Source: a virus
IMG/VR virus record: IMGVR_UViG_3300025736_000003
Reading direction: 5' to 3' (one strand)
DNA: 25,992 bases
Of this stretch, positions 17,134 through 25,488 are shown piece by piece. Made by a program: the position numbers and the translations under genes. Under the pieces are notes generated by a model that saw only the letters and a program-made list of their open reading frames with translations, had not been told where the DNA came from and ran no database searches. Position 1 is the stretch's first letter. Every line of letters starts with the position of its first letter.

Positions 17134-20100
17134 TTACTTCTTTTTCTTTGTCGATTTAGTTTTCTTCTTCGGTGCTTTTCTTTTTGCTGCTTGGATTTCT
17201 ATAGTTTCTGTTTTCTTACTCAATCTCTTACTTCTTCGTTCAATAAATAATTTTCCTAAAGGTGTGTCTTTCTCTCTAAACCCTTTTGGTGCTTTTGGAG
17301 TTTTGCCAGGTGAACTTAATCTAAATGTTGCAGCTAAAGTTTTTGAGGTTACTCTTTTACCAAATTCGAATGCTTGTCGCTGTGTTCTAAAACTTCCAAC
17401 ATTAAAGAACTCTCCACCTCTACGAATTTGAACACCGAAGCCAACTCTTGGTGTTTTTGTGCTTGGTGTTTTTGGAATAATTGGAGGGAATATTATGTTT
17501 ATCTTTCCTATTATTTTGGGTGGTCTTGGTTGTGGTGGTTGAGGAAATCCACCAAATCCAATTATATTAGGTTGTGCAAATTGTTGCCTTTGGAGTTGTC
17601 GCTGTAATTGTTTCTGATTTAATTTTTGATCTTGTCTCTGAATAACTCTACTTATTACTTTCTCTACAGGTTGTTGAAATTGTTTAGACACTAAACGAGA
17701 ATCAGCCCTAGAACTTATCTTCTTTAATTGAGCAACCTTTACACCAAGTATAGAATTTATATCAAGATTAAATGATTGTGATAACTTAGGCTGAATTATT
17801 TGTATAGGAACATCTGTAACTGATACTTCTTGTTTTCCATTTAATAAAGAAGCTATACCTAACCCACCCAACCCTAAACTATCACGAGTACCGCTAATTT
17901 CTAATCCAGGAATAAATGGAGCAGCCCCACCAGATACAGAAGGTACTTTTAATATTTCTTCTGTTGGTTGTACAAATGTAGTTCTTGGTAAATTCAATTC
18001 CTCTCCAAATGCAAACTTAGATGGAACAGGGATTTGTTCTTGAATTTGTTTTGTTGGTTTTGTCTTACTAAAGAAGTCTGTTATTTGTCCCTTCCTAGCT
18101 GCTATCTTTGATTCCTGTGAACTTGTCAAAGATTTAACAACGTCATCAAACTGTTCCCTTGCTAAAGCCCTATCAATAACATCTACTTTTAACTTCCTAG
18201 CTTTTACAACTTTAGAACCAGCTTTTTGTAATGCCTTTAATTCTTTAGATGCAGGATTAATAAATAGGGTTGTAGTTCTCTGACCTGAAAATGCAGTTAT
18301 ATCTCTTTGTATGTTTGGCGTTATTACTTTTGTTAATAGTTTTTGTTTACCCACTTGTCCGAAAAGTGTTTGGTCGAATGTTTTATCAACTCCAAATTCT
18401 ATTTCTTGTGCAATCCTTCTTCTTATTTGAATATTACCCTTAGATCCAACTCTCTTTATTAATCCCTTTCTTTCACTAACTTGAATAATATCCAAGAAAG
18501 ATTTCTCTTTTTGTATGGTTTGTTTTATTCCTTTAGATATATCTCTACCAACTAATGTTGTTGATTCAAATTCTCCAGTAACAAGTTTTGATCTAAGAGA
18601 TACAGGCTTATCTGATAATATTAAATCTCCAACGTCGTCTGTAAGTTTACTACTCTTCTTAACCTTATCACCACTCTTAACAATTAATTCATTAAATGTT
18701 ACACCTGGTTGTCCGAACTGTTTATCAATCTTTAATTTATCTACTTTTGATTTTAAAAATTTTAATTCTGGCAAATCTCCTTTATTCAAACTTTGCTCAA
18801 AAATAGATTTCCCCTTCTTAAATAATTTAACAGTTCCTTTACCACCTTTAGTTACTTCAGTAATTTTAGTTATATCGCCAAACTTAATTGTTTCTTTTAG
18901 AACTCCATCACCTGCGACCTCCGCAAACCCTTCAAACTTTTGTAGTTTCTTACCAATCTTTCTCAACTCAATAACCTTACCGGTTTGCCTAGCTTCAGGT
19001 ATAAATTGTGTTTCTAATATTCTACCTTTTGTTTTAGAACTAACTATGGATTTAGATAGATCATCCACTTTGGAAATCTCTAATCTTGGTTTAGTTATTT
19101 TTAATTTAGAAGTTTCTTTAGCAATCCTTGTTTCTAATATTAATGCTTTTCTTTCTGGGATAGATACAAATTCTTGTAACTTCTTTACCCTACCTGCCTT
19201 AATAGCCTTAACTATACCTCTAGAACCAACCCCTATAGCAAGTCCAACCTCTAATGGATTTTCAACTGCAAAATCAAAGAACGATTCTGGTCCACCAAAA
19301 GCACCCTTACCAACTTGTGCCTCTAATCCTTTAGCAGCAACCTCACCAACGAATGCTCCAGGCAAAGTAAAACCTAATAGTTCAGTACCAACACGAACAG
19401 CCTTACCACCAAACTCTGCCCTTTTTTCAAACCCAGCTTTCTTTTCTATCCCAGGTATATCTGATTTTAATATATCAGTAAATGATTGTTCAACCTCTCC
19501 TAAGAAAATCTCTTTACCAAATCCAATCAAACCTTCACCTTGAAATTTAGATATTGGAACATCTCTAATCTGACCTGGTAATCCTAACCTAACAGTTGGT
19601 CCACCGCCTAACTGGAATGTAGTAGTGTCTCCTTCTTTAACTTCTGTAACAGTTCCTCCACCTGCTTTAAACTGTGACAACTTTAATGAGAAATCTTCCT
19701 GACTTAATCCTTCTTGTAATACTGCTTCTGTTAATGAACTAAACTCTTTTAATTGTCTATCAATTATTCTCTTAGCTTCTGCTATTTGTCCTATTGGAGT
19801 ATCTCCTAGTGATGGTAATGTTTCTCTTAATGGTACGACAACCTTTTCTCTAAAAGCACCAACACCTGACTCAACACCACTAATGATTGGCTGAACACCA
19901 AACTCACTTATTGGAGTTATAAACTCTTTCTCAACTGCCCTAAATACTTTTGATTCACTAAGTGGTATTACAACTTCTTTTTCAAATGTCTTTGCAATAT
20001 CTTTAGATGCCAACCCAACTTCACCAGCGACAATCTTTCCACCAAAACTTAAGGGAGATAAATTTTGTAACTTACTAACTTCAACATCTCTAATCTGTCC

Positions 20101-20787
20101 AGGTAATCCAAACCTGATAGTTTCTCCTGGTTGTTTAGATTCTATGATTTCTTTTGCTTTCCTTAAATCCTGTGCAACAATACCTATTGGAGTTTCTCCA
20201 AGTGATGGGAGTTTCTCTCTTAATGGAACAACTAATTTTTCTCTGAATGTAGAGACACCCTTCTTAACTACTTGAGTAACATCTACTTGTTTTGGTTTTC
20301 CTGTTTTAATTCTAGCAACCTTACTAACAACTTTCTCAACCACACCTTTTTCCGGTGCAGCTTTTACCTCACCAGTAGTACCTGATTCTGCTCTGGCGGT
20401 TTTACCGGCCTGTGAAACCTCAGCTCTTTCTCTCGCTAAAATAATATTTCTTGAAGATGATTCTGAAGATAAAATTCCTGACTGTTTATTTTGTCTTTGT
20501 AGTTCTTCTATCCTCTGTTGTCTAACTGTAACAAGTTCAGCTCTTTTTTGGTTCTCAGCCTGTACCCTCACAGCTTCTTGTTGTTGTCGTGATGCTTGGC
20601 TTTGCCTATCTAAAGCTTCTTGGGAAATAGATTGTCTTCCCCTAGAACTCCTACCTCTACTTGAGCTACTACCACTTGAAATACCTGATTCTTTTACTGG
20701 GCCTTTATAATTTGGTGCAATTATCTTTAACTTTTTTGCAGCATCTTCTCTACTTTTTTTTAATGTTCTTTCAAACTGACTAGCCAT
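17134..20787 (-). CDS. Giant charged protein with long internal repeats (1217 aa), putative virion/structural or scaffold protein
   Basis: Internal protein repeats FREKLVVPLREKLPSLGETPIG / FREKVVVPLRETLPSLGDTPIG and RFGLPGQIRDVEVSKLQ / RLGLPGQIRDVPISKFQ, mirrored at DNA level (about 20090-20230 versus 19560-19860). Lys/Gln/Glu-rich, no TM segment. Confidence 0.6.
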   Translation of the reverse strand: MASQFERTLKKSREDAAKKLKIIAPNYKGPVKESGISSGSSSSRGRSSRGRQSISQEALDRQSQASRQQQEAVRVQAENQKRAELVTVRQQRIEELQRQNKQSGILSSESSSRNIILARERAEVSQAGKTARAESGTTGEVKAAPEKGVVEKVVSKVARIKTGKPKQVDVTQVVKKGVSTFREKLVVPLREKLPSLGETPIGIVAQDLRKAKEIIESKQPGETIRFGLPGQIRDVEVSKLQNLSPLSFGGKIVAGEVGLASKDIAKTFEKEVVIPLSESKVFRAVEKEFITPISEFGVQPIISGVESGVGAFREKVVVPLRETLPSLGDTPIGQIAEAKRIIDRQLKEFSSLTEAVLQEGLSQEDFSLKLSQFKAGGGTVTEVKEGDTTTFQLGGGPTVRLGLPGQIRDVPISKFQGEGLIGFGKEIFLGEVEQSFTDILKSDIPGIEKKAGFEKRAEFGGKAVRVGTELLGFTLPGAFVGEVAAKGLEAQVGKGAFGGPESFFDFAVENPLEVGLAIGVGSRGIVKAIKAGRVKKLQEFVSIPERKALILETRIAKETSKLKITKPRLEISKVDDLSKSIVSSKTKGRILETQFIPEARQTGKVIELRKIGKKLQKFEGFAEVAGDGVLKETIKFGDITKITEVTKGGKGTVKLFKKGKSIFEQSLNKGDLPELKFLKSKVDKLKIDKQFGQPGVTFNELIVKSGDKVKKSSKLTDDVGDLILSDKPVSLRSKLVTGEFESTTLVGRDISKGIKQTIQKEKSFLDIIQVSERKGLIKRVGSKGNIQIRRRIAQEIEFGVDKTFDQTLFGQVGKQKLLTKVITPNIQRDITAFSGQRTTTLFINPASKELKALQKAGSKVVKARKLKVDVIDRALAREQFDDVVKSLTSSQESKIAARKGQITDFFSKTKPTKQIQEQIPVPSKFAFGEELNLPRTTFVQPTEEILKVPSVSGGAAPFIPGLEISGTRDSLGLGGLGIASLLNGKQEVSVTDVPIQIIQPKLSQSFNLDINSILGVKVAQLKKISSRADSRLVSKQFQQPVEKVISRVIQRQDQKLNQKQLQRQLQRQQFAQPNIIGFGGFPQPPQPRPPKIIGKINIIFPPIIPKTPSTKTPRVGFGVQIRRGGEFFNVGSFRTQRQAFEFGKRVTSKTLAATFRLSSPGKTPKAPKGFREKDTPLGKLFIERRSKRLSKKTETIEIQAAKRKAPKKKTKSTKKKK

Positions 20788-21137
20788 CAATAAACTCTAA
20801 CTAAAAATGTTTTCCCATAATCTTTCGTAACCCACGTTCTGGATTCTATTAAAGAATAAATGTTATCACCATCTTTTAATTTAATTCCTGTATCAATATC
20901 ATTTTTTTGTGGTTGTCTTGAAAAAGTATTTGGTGCTAATCCTAACTTAATCAAACCCACATAATTATTATTATCACCAATATCAATCTTTATATTATCA
21001 AAATCAACAACATCTTTATTATGCTCAACAGCACCATAGATTCCTACAAAAGAACCAATTAATAATACAGATAAGATAGCCGCCACCGAGTATAAAACTT
21101 TAGGGTTGTTTAATAATTGTTTTACTTCTTTATCCAT
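20787..21137 (-). CDS. Small membrane-anchored protein (about 116 aa)
   Basis: I placed the start at the ATG at 21137 (MDKEVKQLLNNPKVLYSVAAILSVLLIGSFVGIYGA, with an N-terminal TM or signal anchor). The track start at 21158 is a GTG lying inside the upstream repeats. Confidence 0.45.
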   Translation of the reverse strand: MDKEVKQLLNNPKVLYSVAAILSVLLIGSFVGIYGAVEHNKDVVDFDNIKIDIGDNNNYVGLIKLGLAPNTFSRQPQKNDIDTGIKLKDGDNIYSLIESRTWVTKDYGKTFLVRVY

Positions 21138-21139
21138 TT

Positions 21140-21175
21140 GCGTTACAGCGTTACGCACTTGCGTTACAGCGTTAC
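21140..21175. promoter_or_regulatory. Four GCGTTAC heptamers (two 15-bp direct repeats) immediately upstream of the ATG at 21137: candidate operator
   Basis: gcgttacagcgttac at 21140-21154 and again at 21161-21175, lying between a TATA-like AT box and the start codon. Confidence 0.45.
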
Positions 21176-21206
21176 ACTAATTAAGAATTATTACTATTTA
21201 AATATA

Positions 21207-21350
21207 TCATTTCTTTGATTCATCTATTAGAATCCATTTTGTAAGAAACTCATTAATAATTGGTGATAACTTTTCTCCTTCCTTTAATCTTCCTAATACT
21301 GTTTCAACAATATCATCTTCTAGTGCTAATGAATATTTCTTTAATGTCAT
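21207..21350 (-). CDS. Ribbon-helix-helix (CopG/Arc-like) small regulator candidate (47 aa)
   Basis: Manual translation MTLKKYSLALEDDIVETVLGRLKEGEKLSPIINEFLTKWILIDESKK: a short N-terminal beta-strand segment followed by two helices, in the usual RHH layout. Sits directly upstream of the GCGTTAC repeats. Confidence 0.4.
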   Translation of the reverse strand: MTLKKYSLALEDDIVETVLGRLKEGEKLSPIINEFLTKWILIDESKK

Positions 21351-21406
21351 ATCTTAATTAGCAAAGCAAAGTTTAAATACTTACTTACTTACTAATTAAT
21401 GTAAAG

Positions 21407-21859
21407 ATGGCGATGGATGATAATAAAGAAACTACATTTAATGAAGCAGTTTTGAAGATGCAAAGGATTCATATTCTACAACAAGAAATTAATCTACTTA
21501 GAATTAATCTACTTGCATGGAATCTTGAATATAGTAAATATAACTATGATGTTGTAATATCTGATTTAATAAGTTTATGTTATGAGGTTAGGCCTCTTAT
21601 GAAAATAGAGGAAAGAAATGAATTTAGTTTGCTTAAGGAGTTAGTTGATGATTTAATATCATACAAACCTATATTTAAAAAAATTAATACTTCTAATTTC
21701 TCAGGTAAAAATAATAATGAAAGTATCGACACTAATAATTGGAATATGTTAAGGGGTGTTATATTTAAATTTGAGGACTTTGCTAGGGATCAAGTTGATA
21801 TACATGGGCTGTCTGCTCCAAAGAAAAAGGATGCCTCTAGGGCTGCGGTTGATCTATAA
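21407..21859 (+). CDS. Hypothetical protein (150 aa)
   Basis: First gene of the plus-strand block; its stop overlaps the next start (TAATG). Confidence 0.5.
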   Translation: MAMDDNKETTFNEAVLKMQRIHILQQEINLLRINLLAWNLEYSKYNYDVVISDLISLCYEVRPLMKIEERNEFSLLKELVDDLISYKPIFKKINTSNFSGKNNNESIDTNNWNMLRGVIFKFEDFARDQVDIHGLSAPKKKDASRAAVDL

Positions 21860-22872
21860 TGAAATTCTTAGAAAAAGAGTTCCCAAAGGGTTCGTTCCCA
21901 AAACAACAAACAGATGGTGCATATATAAATCAAACATTAGCAGATAACTTAAATGTATATGCTAAACAGATTGTAAAAGATATGCACTTCTTAATAATTA
22001 TATCAGGTAACGACGCTGTTGGAAATGGTAAATCTACTTTGGCAACACATGTTGGTGCATACTTAACTAATAAAATAAATGAATTACATGGTATAAATAA
22101 TACCTTCACTTCTAGCAATGTTGCACTAAGGGCGAAAGATTTAGTTAAGCAAAGTTTTGATAACCCACAATACTCAGTTAATGTTTTAGATGAGGGTGAC
22201 GATTTAACAACTCATGGTATGAAGCAATCTGCAGTTGAGCTTAAGAGATACTTCCGTAAATGTAGGCAACTAAATCAAATCTTAATATTAATATTACCAT
22301 CCTTCTTTGAACTCCCAAAATTCTATGCATTAGCAAGAAGCCATTCTTTAATTAATGTTAAATTTCATGGAGAGTTTGAGCGTGGTTCATTCGATTTCTA
22401 TGGACCAAAGAGTAAAAAGAAATTATATTTGAAAGGAAAAAGAGAGTGGGATTATGACGCTGCATCTCCAGACTTCTATGGATCTTTCTTCTCTACTTAT
22501 ACCTTCTTCCCTGGCTTGAATGATGAGATTGCTGCTTATAAAAAGAAGAAGTATACTGATATGATTGATGATGCTGATGAGGATCACACACAACTATCAC
22601 CTATACAAGTAGAACGAATGTTAAAGGCTAAATTGTTTAAGCAGGTGTATAATAATATCCCCAATATTACTATACCCATATTGTCTAATGCGTTTGGCGT
22701 ATCAAGTAGGACTGGTGATAGATATTTATCCAACGAATATGACGAAAAAATAAAAATCCTAAAACACGAAATCGACGCCCCGCCGACTAATACTAATAAT
22801 ACCATAAGGGATTTGGATGATGTGGTGAGTCCAGAGAAGCATCCAGGGGTTATAGTAAGGACTATTAGTTAG
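21859..22872 (+). CDS. P-loop NTPase with C-terminal HTH-like segment (337 aa), AAA+/DnaA- or IstB-like architecture
   Basis: Walker A GNDAVGNGKST around residues 51-61, Walker B VNVLDEGDD around 108-116, and a C-terminal ITIPILSNAFGVSSRTGDRYLS helix-turn-helix-like segment. Confidence 0.6.
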   Translation: MKFLEKEFPKGSFPKQQTDGAYINQTLADNLNVYAKQIVKDMHFLIIISGNDAVGNGKSTLATHVGAYLTNKINELHGINNTFTSSNVALRAKDLVKQSFDNPQYSVNVLDEGDDLTTHGMKQSAVELKRYFRKCRQLNQILILILPSFFELPKFYALARSHSLINVKFHGEFERGSFDFYGPKSKKKLYLKGKREWDYDAASPDFYGSFFSTYTFFPGLNDEIAAYKKKKYTDMIDDADEDHTQLSPIQVERMLKAKLFKQVYNNIPNITIPILSNAFGVSSRTGDRYLSNEYDEKIKILKHEIDAPPTNTNNTIRDLDDVVSPEKHPGVIVRTIS

Positions 22873-22989
22873 TAGTTAAACCCAATCAAATAAAGATAGT
22901 TACATTGTAACACAGTGAACGCACCTTTATAATAAAACTTTCTTATATAGTATTATGTTTATAACTAAATTCTCAAAGGAGGTTTTAAA

Positions 22990-23304
22990 ATGAGAAACAA
23001 TAAGAAAGGACAGAGTGCTAATATTGGTGCAATGATAGGAGGTATTATAGGTTTGATATTTCTAGTTGTTGTAGGATTTGTATCTTTAGATATTTTGACT
23101 GGTGCTGGATTGCTAACAAGTGATTCTGCATTTGATAATGCTACAGATAGATTAGTTGGTAATCTGACGGCTGGTGTAGACAAGGTATCTGTAAAGATTC
23201 CAATAATGTTTACTATCACTGTAGCTGTTCTATTACTTGGATTGATTGTATTCCTTGTCATCAGGGCAAGACAAGCACAGCAAGTTCAAGGCGGAACTAT
23301 TTAA
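22990..23304 (+). CDS. Small hydrophobic two-helix protein (104 aa), candidate major virion/membrane structural protein
   Basis: Canonical AGGAGG 8 nt upstream of the ATG, preceded by TATA-like boxes. Two hydrophobic segments (IGAMIGGIIGLIFLVVVGFV and IMFTITVAVLLLGLIVFLVI). Confidence 0.5.
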   Translation: MRNNKKGQSANIGAMIGGIIGLIFLVVVGFVSLDILTGAGLLTSDSAFDNATDRLVGNLTAGVDKVSVKIPIMFTITVAVLLLGLIVFLVIRARQAQQVQGGTI

Positions 23305-23329
23305 ATTTAGAAATAAATTTAAGCTACAT

Positions 23330-23417
23330 TTGAGATGACAGATCCTGCTGGGGTAAACTCACGAGCATCCGGCGGCATCTCAAAAAGTGCGGGGGAAACC
23401 AAACTGGCATCCGCACT
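23330..23417 (+). other. GC-rich island with two stable hairpins (possible structured RNA or terminator-like element)
   Basis: ttgagatg (23330-23337) pairs with catctcaa (23376-23383), and agtgcgg (23386-23392) pairs with ccgcact (23411-23417). Local GC is far above the surrounding sequence; no U-tract follows. Confidence 0.35.
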
Positions 23418-23462
23418 ATAATCCAATTAAAGAATTAAATTACAATGGAGGAAAAATAAAAT

Positions 23463-23693
23463 ATGGAAAAATCATTATCACAACTAAGAGCAGAGGTAGA
23501 TACTTTGCGTAGAAAGAAAGCGGAAAAAGAGTCTCTAGTTAAATTATCTAATAAGAGAGATATAGAAAAAAGAAAATTAAAGTCTGAATTATCTAATTTA
23601 AAAAGTCCTAAGAGGAAGGCAGCTTTAGGATTTACTAGAGCATTCTTTAGTGAAGCTGGGAAACTTATAGCACCTAATAAAAAAAGAAGATAA
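23463..23693 (+). CDS. Basic coiled-coil protein (76 aa)
   Basis: GGAGG about 13 nt upstream; Lys/Arg/Glu-rich heptad-like sequence. Confidence 0.45.
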   Translation: MEKSLSQLRAEVDTLRRKKAEKESLVKLSNKRDIEKRKLKSELSNLKSPKRKAALGFTRAFFSEAGKLIAPNKKRR

Positions 23694-23766
23694 AAAAATT
23701 CATTTTTAAGATATTTACTTTTTAGATTTAATAGAATCAATTAAGATTTTATTTAAATCCTCAAGC

Positions 23767-24105
23767 CTAGTATCTATGGTTGAGTTCAGTTGGGCTATTA
23801 GATTCTGTAGTGTCATTATCGACTCCACTAGCTCCGCCCTGAAGTAACTCTCGTTTTGCATTGATAACAGCGTTTTGTAAGTCTGGTTTTCTTTCAGTAT
23901 GTTTTCCACTTTCTCTGAATCCCACTCCGTTTGGTTTCCACTCACTTTGGTTAGCTGCTTCTCCTTTTCGTCCTGGATCATCTTCTTCTTTATACCTCCT
24001 TTTCATTCTTCTTATTTTTATATCTTCTATAATTTTAAGTGTGAACCAAACTAGAACACACCAGATAACAAGTCCAATAAATAATTCTATCCACATCTTA
24101 AGCAC
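23767..24105 (-). CDS. Hypothetical protein with N-terminal TM helix (112 aa)
   Basis: ORF with N-terminal hydrophobic segment WIELFIGLVIWCVLVWF. It overlaps an alternative-frame ORF (23715..23981), so the true frame is uncertain. Confidence 0.35.
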   Translation of the reverse strand: MLKMWIELFIGLVIWCVLVWFTLKIIEDIKIRRMKRRYKEEDDPGRKGEAANQSEWKPNGVGFRESGKHTERKPDLQNAVINAKRELLQGGASGVDNDTTESNSPTELNHRY

Positions 24106-24796
24106 TAACTAATCCAGTCCCTCCTGAACAAATAGAATCAACATGACCCAGTGCTCTCATAATAGGTTCTTGTGCTTCTGCAAGTGCCCTTGCAGCTTCA
24201 GATAATTCTCCTCCAATAACTCCTATTTGTTCTAACATAAACCATATACCTGCAAACAAAATTATTAAAACAAAACCTCCCATTATCCAAGAACCATACC
24301 TATCCATAAAAGTTATCTTAGGGCCATAATTTTCTGCAGCATTTTTTCTCATAGCGACGCTAACATATTTTATGTCCCTATCAACCATTTCAATATCTAA
24401 CGTACCCATTTTTGCATCTAAATCTCCCAAAACAATATTATACCACCCACCATCTTGGCCAATAGCAAACCAATATTTATTTGATCCCATCTTTTTACCG
24501 TAGGCAGTTAGTGGCATCTTCTTTTTTCTAAGCCAAAAAACCTCAGTACCATCTTTACTTAATCTTAAATATTTTGCAGTATCGTTCATGGTGTTTTGCC
24601 AACCCTGCCCAGAGATATTTTCAAACACAGCTATATTAAATTTGTATAATTTCTTATTAAAATACCACCAAATAATTGCGGCCGCTATTCCAAGCATTAC
24701 AATAACAGCGAAGCCAACCATAAGATAAATACCCCATGCCGAATTAGCCATACTCGGTAAATCTATCCCGGTTTCCATTCCTGCAACTGTCCCCAT
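24098..24796 (-). CDS. Membrane protein (232 aa, 2 TM)
   Basis: Hydrophobic helices near residues 20-45 and 175-195; GGAAGG about 12 nt upstream. Confidence 0.55.
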   Translation of the reverse strand: MGTVAGMETGIDLPSMANSAWGIYLMVGFAVIVMLGIAAAIIWWYFNKKLYKFNIAVFENISGQGWQNTMNDTAKYLRLSKDGTEVFWLRKKKMPLTAYGKKMGSNKYWFAIGQDGGWYNIVLGDLDAKMGTLDIEMVDRDIKYVSVAMRKNAAENYGPKITFMDRYGSWIMGGFVLIILFAGIWFMLEQIGVIGGELSEAARALAEAQEPIMRALGHVDSICSGGTGLVSA

Positions 24797-24936
24797 TAAT
24801 AATTATCCTTCCTTTGTTTTTCTTCTTTAATTAATCTCATAAAAAAATCTTCCCATGTTTCCCCATTCTTAACATCTATTGCTAAATTGTGTTGATCTCT
24901 CGAAAGAGGAATATGCACATATCTTACATCACCCAT
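24796..24936 (-). CDS. Small protein (46 aa), possibly RHH-like
   Basis: Manual translation MGDVRYVHIPLSRDQHNLAIDVKNGETWEDFFMRLIKEEKQRKDNY; its stop overlaps the next start (TAATG). Confidence 0.3.
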   Translation of the reverse strand: MGDVRYVHIPLSRDQHNLAIDVKNGETWEDFFMRLIKEEKQRKDNY

Positions 24937-24956
24937 AATTATTAGTAAGTTAGTTA

Positions 24957-25088
24957 CTATTTAAACTTTGTGTTATGTAGTTTTTTATCGAGTGCATTCT
25001 TTAATATTTTAGTTGATATAAAATAAATTAATATTTTTAAAGAGATAACCACTGCTGCTGCTAAAAATATTTTTATCCAAAAATTCAT
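24957..25088 (-). CDS. Tiny membrane protein (43 aa)
   Basis: Manual translation MNFWIKIFLAAAVVISLKILIYFISTKILKNALDKKLHNTKFK; ATGA overlap with the upstream ORF. Confidence 0.3.
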   Translation of the reverse strand: MNFWIKIFLAAAVVISLKILIYFISTKILKNALDKKLHNTKFK

Positions 25089-25264
25089 TGTATATATGTT
25101 TTCCTTTTCCACGACTTCCAGCAACGTCTATGAAAAATCATACCACTCTTTTTAGTTTTCTTATCTTCTTTCCTTATGGGTTTTCCACAGGCTACACATT
25201 TTCTTAAATTTGGATCATCCATCTCAATCTTTCTTTGAACAGCATCCTTAAACCATTTAAACAT
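25085..25264 (-). CDS. Small basic zinc-ribbon-like protein (59 aa)
   Basis: Manual translation ...RKCVACGKPIRKEDKKTKKSGMIFHRRCWKSWKRK; start overlaps the stop of the AbrB-like ORF. Confidence 0.35.
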   Translation of the reverse strand: MFKWFKDAVQRKIEMDDPNLRKCVACGKPIRKEDKKTKKSGMIFHRRCWKSWKRKTYIQ

Positions 25265-25430
25265 TTTGATTCTCCAATATTAATTTATTACCAGAAAAAT
25301 CAAAATTAATTATAGATCCCTTACCTGCACATAAAACTTTCTCAACCATCCACTCCGGAATAGTAAGTGTATAACGCCCAGAATGATATTGTAATTTCAT
25401 GTTTTTATATTGTTTTTTGTTTGTCGCCAT
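25257..25430 (-). CDS. AbrB/SpoVT-like small DNA-binding protein (57 aa)
   Basis: Manual translation MATNKKQYKNMKLQYHSGRYTLTIPEWMVEKVLCAGKGSIINFDFSGNKLILENQNV fits the swapped-hairpin AbrB/MazE pattern. A TTTATATATAA box lies about 28-38 nt upstream of the ATG with no SD, as in a leaderless-type promoter. Confidence 0.4.
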   Translation of the reverse strand: MATNKKQYKNMKLQYHSGRYTLTIPEWMVEKVLCAGKGSIINFDFSGNKLILENQNV

Positions 25431-25488
25431 TTTAAGTAGTATTATGTTGGCATGGTTATATATAAAGTTGTTGTATTAAGGGAGGTCG

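Noticed and set aside
16564-19543. ORFs 16564..16752 (-), 17123..17431 (+), 17374..17607 (+) and 18515..19543 (+, 342 aa)
   Set aside because: Nested in or antisense to the 265-aa and 1217-aa genes; the 342-aa translation is Ser/Pro/Leu-rich, typical of the reverse strand of a Lys/Glu-rich gene.
17134-20787. Calling the 1217-aa protein a tail tape-measure protein
   Set aside because: No tail, portal or terminase genes accompany it, so the analogy is unsupported.
21756-22805. ORFs 21756..21947 (+), 21930..22118 (-) and 22584..22805 (-)
   Set aside because: They overlap the motif-supported ATPase gene or its upstream gene in other frames or on the other strand.
22965-23261. Minus-strand 98-aa ORF overlapping the 104-aa plus-strand gene
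   Set aside because: The plus-strand gene has a canonical AGGAGG and a coherent two-helix hydrophobic translation; the minus ORF has neither.
23435-23740. Minus-strand 101-aa ORF overlapping 23463..23693 (+)
   Set aside because: The plus-strand ORF has a GGAGG and continues the plus-strand block; the minus translation is low-complexity.
23715-24112. Alternative ORFs 23715..23981 (-) and 23861..24112 (+) overlapping 23767..24105 (-)
   Set aside because: I cannot tell from sequence alone which minus-strand frame is expressed. I listed 23767..24105 at low confidence and left the other unlisted; the plus-strand ORF is antisense.
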